Shown here piece after piece: positions 46,591 through 54,745 of a stretch of 58,426 nucleotides of DNA (the stretch's first letter is position 1; each line of letters starts with the position of its first letter). The position numbers were made by a program, and so were the translations under genes. The notes under the pieces were generated by a model that searched no databases, was not told where the DNA came from, and saw nothing but the letters and a program-made list of their open reading frames with translations. Origin of the DNA: a virus (taxonomy: Duplodnaviria; Caudoviricetes); IMG/VR virus record IMGVR_UViG_3300046012_001130, positions 1 through 58,426 of that record; one strand, 5' to 3'.

Positions 46591-46888
46591 CCGGCACGCG
46601 GACCATATGGAGCGAGGACGATGGAGGATCTGTGCTTTGCGTCGGTCGCCGGATCGATGGCCGGGGCGGTTATCGGCGCGCTCCTGGTGGCTCTTTGGTG
46701 GGGATGCCATCTGATCCTCGCCAGCGCCGCGCCGACAATCGATCAGCTCGAGGGGATCGTTCTCGTCTTTGCGGTGTTCGGGGCGATCGGCTTGCCGGCC
46801 TCGTTGGTGGTCGGCGACATCGTCGAAGGCCGGAAGAACCGATCATCCTGAAGGGTCTTTGCTCGTCTCGGAAGACGAGGGTTGCGGC

Positions 46889-47950
46889 ATGAAGTTTCTG
46901 CCGCCACAGCCGGGCGACGAAGGCGGCACGCTGGCACTTTATTCAGCGGCGCGCAGCGCGCTCGCCGCCGCTTATCGCGTCGACGAGGTCAAAGACATCC
47001 GCGACAAAGCCGTTGCGATGCAGGCCTACGCGCGGCAGGCGCAGGATGCGGCGCTGATCGAGATGGCGACGGAGATCCGGCTGCGGGCGGAGCGGCGGGC
47101 CGGGCAATTATTGCGCGAGATTGAGAAGGCATCAGGCGCGAAAGGAAATCCGGGAGGTCGTGGCGCAAAGATTGTGCGGTCAGCGGATGCAACCGCACAA
47201 AAACCTACACTCGCAGAACTTGGCATCAACAAGAATCAATCGGCCCGATGGCAGAAGCTCGCTGAGCTGGACGAAGCCGCGTTCGAACTAAAGGCGACAG
47301 CGGCGAAAAAGAACATGGTCGCGAGCGTCGACAAAGACACGCGCGAGGAAGTGGCGCGCGAAAAGCGCGAGCGGCGCGCTTCACGTGAAACCGAGCTCGG
47401 CAGCCGCATCGTCGCGCTGCCGCAGAGGCGATACGGCGTCATCCTCGCCGATCCCGAATGGCAATTCGATGTCTGGTCGCGCGAGACCGGCATGGATCGC
47501 GCCGCCGACAATCATTATCCGACGTCGTCGCTCGAAGCGATCCTGTCGCGCGACATAACCTCGATCGCGGCCGACGATTGCGTTTTGTTTCTGTGGTCGA
47601 CGGCGCCGATGCAGCCGCAGGCTTTTGCTGTGATGTCGGCGTGGGGCTTTATCTATCGCTCGCAAGTGATCTGGGTCAAAGACCGGCTCGGGACCGGCTA
47701 TTGGTTCCGCAACAAGCATGAGCTGCTGCTCGTCGGCACGCGCGGCAAGGTGCCGGCGCCAGCTATGGGCACGCAATGGCCGAGCGTCGTCGAGGCGCCG
47801 GTCGGCGCGCACAGCGCCAAGCCGGAGAAATTCCTGGAACTGATCGAAAGCTATTTTCCGACGCTGCCGAAAATCGAATTGAACCGCCGCGGACCGGCGC
47901 GGCCTGGCTGGGATGCGTGGGGTAATGAAGCGGAAGGGAGAGCGGCATGA
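46889..47950 (+). CDS. MT-A70 family adenine methyltransferase with N-terminal helical domain
   Basis: YGVILADPEW, HYPT, LFLW, WGF.Y, HELLLVGTRG, HSAKP and WDAWGNE motifs. Confidence 0.9.
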   Translation: MKFLPPQPGDEGGTLALYSAARSALAAAYRVDEVKDIRDKAVAMQAYARQAQDAALIEMATEIRLRAERRAGQLLREIEKASGAKGNPGGRGAKIVRSADATAQKPTLAELGINKNQSARWQKLAELDEAAFELKATAAKKNMVASVDKDTREEVAREKRERRASRETELGSRIVALPQRRYGVILADPEWQFDVWSRETGMDRAADNHYPTSSLEAILSRDITSIAADDCVLFLWSTAPMQPQAFAVMSAWGFIYRSQVIWVKDRLGTGYWFRNKHELLLVGTRGKVPAPAMGTQWPSVVEAPVGAHSAKPEKFLELIESYFPTLPKIELNRRGPARPGWDAWGNEAEGRAA

Positions 47951-47993
47951 GCGACGTCGACCAGGTGCTCGCGGCGAGCGCGGAGCGAGGGTG

Positions 47994-48347
47994 ATGGATC
48001 AACTCACGCATGCGGAAGCCGATGTCATTGAGGAGCGCCGGCAGCAGCTGACGCGCGAGGGATATGACGATCGGCACGACGACTCGGATAATGACCGTGG
48101 CGATTTGGCGCGCGCGGCGGCTTGCTATGCAATTGCTGTCGGGTTGTCAGATAAGGCGCGAGCACACGTGAGTCTTTCGCCGAACGACGATCTCGCTGAG
48201 ATCAATCTCCTCGCGCGAATTTGGCCTCGGGGCTGGCTGCGCGACCTCAATCTTAAGACACGTCGCCGCGACCTGGTTCGTGCTGGGGCGCTGATTATCG
48301 CGGAAATCGAGCGGTTCGATCGCGCGGCAGCGGATCAAGCCCGATGA
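47994..48347 (+). CDS. Conserved phage hypothetical protein
   Basis: ERRQQ..EGY...HDD, LARAAACYA and RRDLVRAGALIIAEIER motifs. Confidence 0.75.
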   Translation: MDQLTHAEADVIEERRQQLTREGYDDRHDDSDNDRGDLARAAACYAIAVGLSDKARAHVSLSPNDDLAEINLLARIWPRGWLRDLNLKTRRRDLVRAGALIIAEIERFDRAAADQAR

Positions 48348-48390
48348 CGCTTCGTGCGGGAGTTATGCAGATTCTATGCGGGCCTTTGCG

Positions 48391-49029
48391 ATGAGCTATC
48401 GCGACCTGCCGGCGCCGCTTCGCAATGCCAATCGCATTCATGACATCCTGCTGCATGCGCGGGAGGTGGCGTTCGATTATGTCGATCCGGTGCATCTTTA
48501 TCTGCATTCGCGCGGTATCGATCTGACGAAGGCGCGTTTGAATCGGGGCGTGCTGCTGTCGCATCCGCGGCTCGGCAATTGGGCGGCGCGCGGCATCACG
48601 TCGCCGGCGATGATCCTCGTCGCGCAGGGCGCCGAGACGCGGACACTCGATGTCACCTTTCTGACCGAGGCCGGCGGCCTGGCGCCCATCTTTCCGCGGC
48701 TGAGGCTCGGGGCTTTCGACGGCCATGTCGCGCATCTGGCTGGCGCTGCCGGCGAACCCGATCTTGCCCTCCTGGCGCAATCGGGCGAGGGCGCCTTGCG
48801 GGCGATCGCCGCCGGCTTTCCAGGCCATGTGCTCTGCGCGGTGGCGCTCGGCAATATGGCGCGCATACGGCTGCCGGAAGGCGTCAGCCGGCTGCATCTT
48901 TATTTCGAGCGCGATGCGCTGAGTTCGGGCCGCGAAGCTGTCGTCGCCAGTTTCACGGCGCGCGGCTACCAGGTGCTTGAATGGACCGATCCGGTCCGTG
49001 TCGCGCCGGCCGGCGAGGTGGCGCCGTGA
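48391..49029 (+). CDS. Degenerate primase/Toprim-like protein
   Basis: YLHSRGI, PAM, TFL, GEG and IRLPEGV layout mirrors the primase at 51363 but lacks acidic Toprim motifs. Confidence 0.5.
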   Translation: MSYRDLPAPLRNANRIHDILLHAREVAFDYVDPVHLYLHSRGIDLTKARLNRGVLLSHPRLGNWAARGITSPAMILVAQGAETRTLDVTFLTEAGGLAPIFPRLRLGAFDGHVAHLAGAAGEPDLALLAQSGEGALRAIAAGFPGHVLCAVALGNMARIRLPEGVSRLHLYFERDALSSGREAVVASFTARGYQVLEWTDPVRVAPAGEVAP

Positions 49030-49244
49030 GCGATCTCTTTGGCGGTAAGGAGCCGCGGTCAGCGACCGTGGCTACAGGGCGCCGGGCCACCGCGTGGGTG
49101 TCGAAGCTCGATGTCTGCTGTATCTGCGGCGGCATTGGGCCGTTCGGGTTCGACGTCAATCTGCGCCAGGGCCGCGAGGGATTCTGGGCCTGCGCCGCGC
49201 ATCGCGACCAGGTGGCGCGGGAACGCGGGATGGTGCTGCGATGA
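49026..49244 (+). CDS. Small Zn-finger-like protein
   Basis: CCICGG...PFG...WACAAH. Confidence 0.6.
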   Translation: MSDLFGGKEPRSATVATGRRATAWVSKLDVCCICGGIGPFGFDVNLRQGREGFWACAAHRDQVARERGMVLR

Positions 49245-49786
49245 GCGAGACGCGGCGCGGCGATTGGATTCAGACTTACACCGGTGGCGCCTTCTGGCCG
49301 CTCGACCCGCGCGAGGATGAGATACGTCTGGCGGATATTTCCCATGCACTCGCCTTTCAATGTCGCTTTGGCGGTCATTGCCGGCGCTTTTACAGCGTCG
49401 CCGAACATTGCGTGTTGCTCTCCTATCTCGTCGAGCCGCAGGCTGCGTTGCTGGCGCTGATGCATGATGCGGCGGAAGCCTATCTCGTCGATCTGCCGAG
49501 ACCGGTGAAGCGCAGCCTCGTCGGCTATGAGATGATCGAGCGGCAGCTCGAGTTGATGATCTTCAAGAAGTTCGGCGTCGGCCTCACATATTGGGAACAC
49601 GTGCGCGACTGCGATCGTCGCATTCTGACGGACGAAGCTCGGCAGAACATGGCGCCGCCGCCGCGGCCCTGGTCGACGCTGGCGGCCCCGCTTGGTGCGA
49701 CGCTGATGTTCTGGAAGCCGGAAGACGCGGAACATTATTTCGCGCGGCGGTATGATGCCCTTGCGACGACAGTCGAGGCGACATGA
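49241..49786 (+). CDS. HD-domain phosphohydrolase (YfdR-like)
   Basis: DISHAL...CRFGGH...YSVAEH...LMHDAAEAYLVD. Confidence 0.9.
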   Translation: MSETRRGDWIQTYTGGAFWPLDPREDEIRLADISHALAFQCRFGGHCRRFYSVAEHCVLLSYLVEPQAALLALMHDAAEAYLVDLPRPVKRSLVGYEMIERQLELMIFKKFGVGLTYWEHVRDCDRRILTDEARQNMAPPPRPWSTLAAPLGATLMFWKPEDAEHYFARRYDALATTVEAT

Positions 49787-50664
49787 GCGCGCCCGCCATG
49801 CGGCTTTCCGTTTCCGCTCTGTCGCTCTCCGGCTTCGTTCGGCCGCGTACGAATGCCGCGCCCGGCCGGCCGCCGGAGCTGCGCTGGATTGACATCGACT
49901 GCCTTTATGTCGATCGCGATTATCAGCGCGAGATCCTGCGCGCCGGACGCGACAACATTCTAAAGATCGCCGGCGCCTTCAACTGGGCCTTTTTCGCGCC
50001 GGTCGTGGTGGCGCCGCTCGAAGGCAGCGACGATTTCTTTGTCATCATCGACGGCCAGCATCGCTGCATGGCGGCGAAGCTCATGCAGCACACGCAGGTG
50101 CCGTGTTCGATCATCACGGCCGACCGAGCACAGCAGGCCCGCGCTTTCGCCGCGATCAACGGTAATGTGACGGCAATAAGCTCGCTGTCGCGATTCAAGG
50201 CGCTGCTGGCCTCCGGCGACGCGAACGCGCTGCGCACCGATCGCGTTGCCGCCGAGGCAGGCGTGAAAATTCTGCGCGTAAATGCCTCGAGCAAGGCGAT
50301 GAAAGCGCATGAGACAACGGCGCTCAACGCCATCGATAAGTCGATCGCGGCCTATGGCGAGCGCGTCGTCAAAAAATCGCTCGAAGGCATTCTCGCTTCA
50401 GCGAAGGGGCGACCGCATTATCTGCAGCATCCAATCATCTGCTCGGTGACGCGAGTCCTCGCCGGCGATGCCGGCTGGCTCGCATCGCCCTATCTGATGG
50501 AGGCGTTCGAGGCGATCGACCTGCGCGCGGCGCTGGTTGAGGCTCGCAGCGAGCATGCGGCGAGTCCTGGCCGCAACATCGCCGATTTTATCGACGCGCC
50601 GCTGATCGTGCATCTCGGGGAATTTCTTGAGGAACGCGCCGAGTCTCAGTCGAGGGGAGGGTAG
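49783..50664 (+). CDS. ParB-N/DUF6551-like protein
   Basis: VDRDYQR, IIDGQHR and FAAIN motifs. Confidence 0.8.
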   Translation: MSAPAMRLSVSALSLSGFVRPRTNAAPGRPPELRWIDIDCLYVDRDYQREILRAGRDNILKIAGAFNWAFFAPVVVAPLEGSDDFFVIIDGQHRCMAAKLMQHTQVPCSIITADRAQQARAFAAINGNVTAISSLSRFKALLASGDANALRTDRVAAEAGVKILRVNASSKAMKAHETTALNAIDKSIAAYGERVVKKSLEGILASAKGRPHYLQHPIICSVTRVLAGDAGWLASPYLMEAFEAIDLRAALVEARSEHAASPGRNIADFIDAPLIVHLGEFLEERAESQSRGG

Positions 50665-50665
50665 C

Positions 50666-51019
50666 GTGGTCGGGCTGACGGAATATACGCAGCCGCGCGT
50701 GCGGCGCGAGCGACGCGTGATCGATTATGTGCATGCGGGCCTCGCCTGGAGCGTTAGTTGGGAAGCGTCCGCCGTCGATGGATCGCCGCGCGACATCGAT
50801 CTCGTCTGCCTGACGGCCGGCGCGGCGGGGGTCACGCGAACGGCGGCGGCGATTCTCGAAGTCTTGAACCGCGCGCTCCACGACGGCGCGACGCTGGCCG
50901 GTGCCGAGGCGCTGCTGCGGCGGCACGAGGATATGATCGTCGTCGCCGCGCTCGCGCGGGTGCGGGCGGTCAGCGGGCCCGGCCGCGGGCGGCGGGCGAT
51001 CGAGGGCGGCGCGAAATGA
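50666..51019 (+). CDS. Hypothetical protein
   Basis: GGAGG RBS with GTG start; ATGA coupling. Confidence 0.5.
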   Translation: MVGLTEYTQPRVRRERRVIDYVHAGLAWSVSWEASAVDGSPRDIDLVCLTAGAAGVTRTAAAILEVLNRALHDGATLAGAEALLRRHEDMIVVAALARVRAVSGPGRGRRAIEGGAK

Positions 51020-51366
51020 TCTCGAGCCATACGCCGCCGGGAACGAAGGTGCTCTATCGGCCGGACGGGGACCCGAGCGCCGATGATTTCGCCATCGCCG
51101 CCGAGTTACCCGCTCTATCGGAGGGCGGCCATTATACGCTGCATCGGATCGTCGAATGCGATGACATGTCCTTCGGCGTCGCCCTGCTCGAAACCGCCGC
51201 CGCCCAGGGAAAGCCGGTGCCGGTGACGCTGAACGGCAAGAAGTGGTCAGCATTCCTGTTTTATCGTTTGGAGGATTTCGTGCCGGCGGCGCTGCCGCAA
51301 TGCCTGACCGAGCTGCTCGATGTGGCGCCCGTCGATGCCGAGCGCGGCGTGTCGGAGCCCGCATGA
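51016..51366 (+). CDS. Hypothetical protein
   Basis: ATGA coupling on both sides. Confidence 0.55.
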   Translation: MISSHTPPGTKVLYRPDGDPSADDFAIAAELPALSEGGHYTLHRIVECDDMSFGVALLETAAAQGKPVPVTLNGKKWSAFLFYRLEDFVPAALPQCLTELLDVAPVDAERGVSEPA

Positions 51367-52598
51367 ACCGGCGTGCCGAACAAAAACATTCCGACGCCTT
51401 CGAGGCCTGGATCGAGGAGGCGCGGAAGGTCACGGTCACGGCCTATCTGCAAAAGCGCGGGCATTGGGACAAGAAGATGATCGGCGACGCCGGCGTCCCT
51501 TGCCCGGGCTGCGGCGGCACCGATCGCTTCGCGGTGAACACGCGCAAGAATGTCTTTTTCTGTCGGGCGTCAGGCGCGGCGGGCGATGCCATCGCGGCGG
51601 CCGAGCATATATTCGGCCTGCCGTTTCTCGACGCGGTCGAAGATGTCGCCGGCCTGCCGCCGCCTGAGCGCGAAGCCCGAGAGAGCGCGGCCGATCGCGA
51701 CAGCAGGGTCGCACGGCTCGCGCGGCAGCAGGCGGAAGCGGCGGAAAAGCAGAAGATCGACGCGGCCGAGGCCAACCATTATCGCGACCGTGAGCGACGC
51801 GAGGGCTTCCGGCTTTGGCAACAGGCGCTGCCGATATCGGGCACACCGGTCGAGGAATATCTGGCGCTGCGCCGGCTCGCCGCGCCTGGCTCGGCGCATC
51901 TGCGCTACATGCCGTCGGCGCGCTATTGGCACAAGCCGCCGCCGGATGGCGCCTGCCTGCATGTCGGCCCGGCGATGGCGGCGGCGATCGTCGGGCCGCA
52001 CGGGCGATTCATCGGGCTGCATCGCACCTGGATCGATCTCGCGCAGCCGAAGGGCAAGCTCGTGCCTGTCGATCCGGAGACCGGCGAAATATTGAAGGCA
52101 AAGAAGACGCGCGGCTCCTGGAAGGGTGGCTCGATCCTTGTGGCGCGGGCGGAGGGCCCGCCGGAGTTTTTCGTCGCCGGCGAAGGCATCGAGACCGTGC
52201 TCGGCTTTCGCGCCATGATGCTTCTCGACGATCCCGGCTTCGTAGCGCGGGCCGAATTCCGCGCGGCGGTGTCGCTCGATAATCTCGGCGGCAAGGCGGC
52301 CGGCCGCGTCGCCCATCCGACCGAGACCAAGGTCGATCGCCGCGGCCGCGTCCGGCATGTGCTGATCGGCTCCGACGAGCCCGAGCCGTTCGACGATCTG
52401 CCGCTGATCCGCGTGCCCGGGTGCGTCGAAGAGATCGTGCTGCTGCGCGACGGCGACAGCGAGCCGGCGCGCACGTCCAACGCCATGACGCGGGCGGCGA
52501 AGCGCTTCCATGCGGCCTATCCTCATTGCGGCGTCAAGATCGTCGCGGCGGCCGAAGGCGAGGATTTTGGCGACAGCTGGATCAGGAGGGCGGCGTGA
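51363..52598 (+). CDS. DNA primase (Zn finger plus Toprim)
   Basis: PCPGCGGTDRF, FFCR, HRTW, GEGIET, DGD and GEDF motifs. Confidence 0.85.
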   Translation: MNRRAEQKHSDAFEAWIEEARKVTVTAYLQKRGHWDKKMIGDAGVPCPGCGGTDRFAVNTRKNVFFCRASGAAGDAIAAAEHIFGLPFLDAVEDVAGLPPPEREARESAADRDSRVARLARQQAEAAEKQKIDAAEANHYRDRERREGFRLWQQALPISGTPVEEYLALRRLAAPGSAHLRYMPSARYWHKPPPDGACLHVGPAMAAAIVGPHGRFIGLHRTWIDLAQPKGKLVPVDPETGEILKAKKTRGSWKGGSILVARAEGPPEFFVAGEGIETVLGFRAMMLLDDPGFVARAEFRAAVSLDNLGGKAAGRVAHPTETKVDRRGRVRHVLIGSDEPEPFDDLPLIRVPGCVEEIVLLRDGDSEPARTSNAMTRAAKRFHAAYPHCGVKIVAAAEGEDFGDSWIRRAA

Positions 52599-53329
52599 TG
52601 AATGTGCAGACGGCGATGAGCGCGGCATTCGAGCGGGTGGGTATGGACGGGTCGGGCGAGCGGCTGTTCGCGGCGGCGGCGAAGGCGCTGCGTGGTGAAG
52701 TGCAGCCGCACCGCGCCCTGGCGCCGTTTCTGGCGGCGCTGGAGCGCGATCGCGGAGCGCTGCGGGCGCTGGCGCTCGGCTATCTCGAAGAACGGGCCGC
52801 GGATATGCGCGGCGACGAATTGCGCGGGGGCGGCCAGAATACGAGTGCTCGAAAGGGCCAGAGCATCAGTGCCGCGCCCGCGCAAGACGATGAAAATCAG
52901 AGTTCGCGCGACGGGGGACCTGAAGGGTTTGCCCCAGAGGGCCATGTGACAAGTGCCCCCGTCGCGTGTCCGAACGAGGAAGTCGGCGGCCAGGGGATTT
53001 GTGCCACCTACGCGGCCGGGAAAACCATGCCGCCGCCTTCCTCACCGCGCCGCACCGGCACGCCGCGGCCGCTCGCCGTCATGTCAAGCGTGCAGGCCGT
53101 CATCGGCCGCTCGCTGTTCGACACCCACAGGCTTCGCGACGGCCGCGCCATCGGCGATATCCTCTGGCGCGACCTGCTGGCGCTGGCTGGTCGCGACGAA
53201 AAAGAAGCGGCGCTGCTGCGCGCCATCGCCGGCCACGTCGCCAATGCGCCGGCCGCCGCGCTGGTGCGCGAAGTCGTGTCGGAGAAGGTGGTCGCGGCGG
53301 CGATCGCCGCGGCCGAGGCGGTATCATGA
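52598..53329 (+). CDS. Hypothetical protein whose central linker is encoded by three TIGR-like units
   Basis: AGGAGG RBS; coupled on both sides; helical N- and C-domains with a low-complexity linker. Confidence 0.65.
   Translation: MNVQTAMSAAFERVGMDGSGERLFAAAAKALRGEVQPHRALAPFLAALERDRGALRALALGYLEERAADMRGDELRGGGQNTSARKGQSISAAPAQDDENQSSRDGGPEGFAPEGHVTSAPVACPNEEVGGQGICATYAAGKTMPPPSSPRRTGTPRPLAVMSSVQAVIGRSLFDTHRLRDGRAIGDILWRDLLALAGRDEKEAALLRAIAGHVANAPAAALVREVVSEKVVAAAIAAAEAVS
52820..53043 (+). ncRNA. Stem-loop TIGR-like guide array, units 1-3
   Basis: Three hairpins (52820-52885, 52905-52968, 52976-53043), each stem-CCA-N9-TG-small hairpin-CCA-N9-TG-stem; one box is ACC and one CCG. Confidence 0.8.
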
Positions 53330-54189
53330 ATCGCGACGCGCTCGCCGCGGTCTGCCTGCAGCTGATGGAGCTGCAAAGCGCCCGCAAACATTATATCGGC
53401 CTCGCCAACAAGCTCACCAATGCGCAGCAGGCGCGCATCCGCCGGGCGCTGGGCTGGCGGCCCGACGGCGGCGAAGCATCCAGGAAGGCGATCAATCAGC
53501 GCGCGTCGCACGTCATGCAGGCGGTGCGGATGCGCGATTCGAAACAGGCCAAGCCGCCGAAAGAAGAGGACGCGCCGATCATTGCGGCGCTGCGCGAAGA
53601 AATCGTCGTCACCCTGCAAAGCCTGGAGCCGAGCGCGAAGGCGCGTGCGGCGGTCGAGAAGGAAATGGCGCGGCTGGCGCGGACGCTGCCGGCCTATGCG
53701 TGGGTAAAGGGCGTGCGCGGCTTCGGCGATCTCGGCTTCGCCGTCACTATCGGAGAATGTGGCGATCTGCTGCTTTATTCGACGCCCGACAAAGTGTGGA
53801 AGCGCTGCGGCCTGGCGCCGTATGACGGCAAGGCCTATTCGAGCTGGCGGCGCGAGGGTGGCCTGACGAAGGAGCAATGGACCGATGCCGGCTACAAGCC
53901 GGGGCGGCGGGCGGAGATTCACGCCTGCGTCACCGAGAGCCTGCTGAAGCTGCAAAAGCCCGGCATGGCCTATCGCGACATCTATGATCTCAGGCGAGCG
54001 AACCGCGCCGTCAACCGGCCGGAATGGTCGAAGGGGCATTCGCATTTCGATGCGATGCGGGTGATGACGAAGATGCTGCTTTCCGACCTCTGGTCGGAAT
54101 GGCGGAGGGCCGCGATTATTGTGCCCGAAGGGGCCATGCATGCCGTGCCCTCCGCCGAGATTCACGCGGCGGCGGAGGCCCGCGCATGA
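53326..54189 (+). CDS. TasA-like Nop-domain protein (IS110 Tnp20-related, no RuvC/HNH)
   Basis: Coiled coil, then VKGVRGFGDLGFAVTIGECGDLLLYSTPDKVWKRCGLAP, YRDIYDLRR and HSHFDAMRVMTKMLLSDLW; no DEDD domain and no QSG serine motif. Confidence 0.8.
   Translation: MNRDALAAVCLQLMELQSARKHYIGLANKLTNAQQARIRRALGWRPDGGEASRKAINQRASHVMQAVRMRDSKQAKPPKEEDAPIIAALREEIVVTLQSLEPSAKARAAVEKEMARLARTLPAYAWVKGVRGFGDLGFAVTIGECGDLLLYSTPDKVWKRCGLAPYDGKAYSSWRREGGLTKEQWTDAGYKPGRRAEIHACVTESLLKLQKPGMAYRDIYDLRRANRAVNRPEWSKGHSHFDAMRVMTKMLLSDLWSEWRRAAIIVPEGAMHAVPSAEIHAAAEARA
54101..54156 (+). ncRNA. Stem-loop TIGR-like unit 4 inside the 3' end of the tas gene
   Basis: GGCGGAGGG-CCG-cgattattg-TG-CCCGAAGGGG-CCA-tgcatgccg-TG-CCCTCCGCC. 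Confidence 0.8.
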
Positions 54190-54491
54190 CCGCTCCCGCG
54201 CCGACCCTTCTGATCCGCATCCGGCTGCTAAGGGATCGCCGCAGCGACCTGCTGCTGGCCGGCAGCGGCGATCTGCCGGGCCTGCATGTGCATGCTTATT
54301 CTCCGGCTGAAATCGACATAAAGCTGCCGGCGGCGATCCGGGAGCTCCTGGAATTGCGCGGCGCGACGATCGACCGGATCGACACGGCCGATGCCGATGC
54401 GAAGGGCTTCGTCATGTGGCCCTCGACCTATCGCGTGAGTTGTATCGAAATGCCGGTTTCGGGGACTTTCGGACGGGAAACGGACGCGTGA
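54186..54491 (+). CDS. HicB/DUF1902-like protein
   Basis: SGDLPGLHVHAYSPAEI..KLPAAIRELL; ATGA-coupled to tas. Confidence 0.55.
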   Translation: MTAPAPTLLIRIRLLRDRRSDLLLAGSGDLPGLHVHAYSPAEIDIKLPAAIRELLELRGATIDRIDTADADAKGFVMWPSTYRVSCIEMPVSGTFGRETDA

Positions 54492-54745
54492 TCCTCGAAC
54501 CGCGAATCAATGTGGTGCCGCGGCCTCTTCGCGCGCCATCCCAGAAGCTGCATCGCAATCCGCTGCTGCAGAAACGGCGTTATCGCATGCCGCGCTGGTG
54601 GCCTTGGCGGGATCGACAAAGTGCGACGGCTCTCAGGGCCGAGATCGGCAAGGCGGTGCCCGGCCGCTTTCGACATCGCTCGGAGCCTGCTTTTCTGACG
54701 GCGTCAGCAAAGATGCCGGTGCCCGACCTCATGGCGACCGCATGA
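54488..54745 (+). CDS. Hypothetical basic protein
   Basis: GTGA and ATGA coupling on both sides. Confidence 0.4.
   Translation: MILEPRINVVPRPLRAPSQKLHRNPLLQKRRYRMPRWWPWRDRQSATALRAEIGKAVPGRFRHRSEPAFLTASAKMPVPDLMATA

Noticed and set aside
46587-46892. Gene call between the HTH and MT-A70 genes
   Set aside because: Two overlapping frames compete (coupled 46587-46892 versus hydrophobic 46621-46851), and I cannot choose from sequence alone.
52820-53043. CRISPR array
   Set aside because: No identical direct repeats, no ~30-nt spacers and no cas genes.
53326-54189. Active IS110 insertion sequence
   Set aside because: No N-terminal DEDD/RuvC domain or catalytic serine motif, and the gene is coupled into a phage operon. 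It fits a Tas-like protein better.
54650-54730. Fifth TIGR-like unit
   Set aside because: It lacks the paired CCA-N9-TG boxes and a clean closing stem.
54186-54745. Complete HicAB toxin-antitoxin pair
   Set aside because: The neighbouring basic ORF has no recognisable HicA motif.
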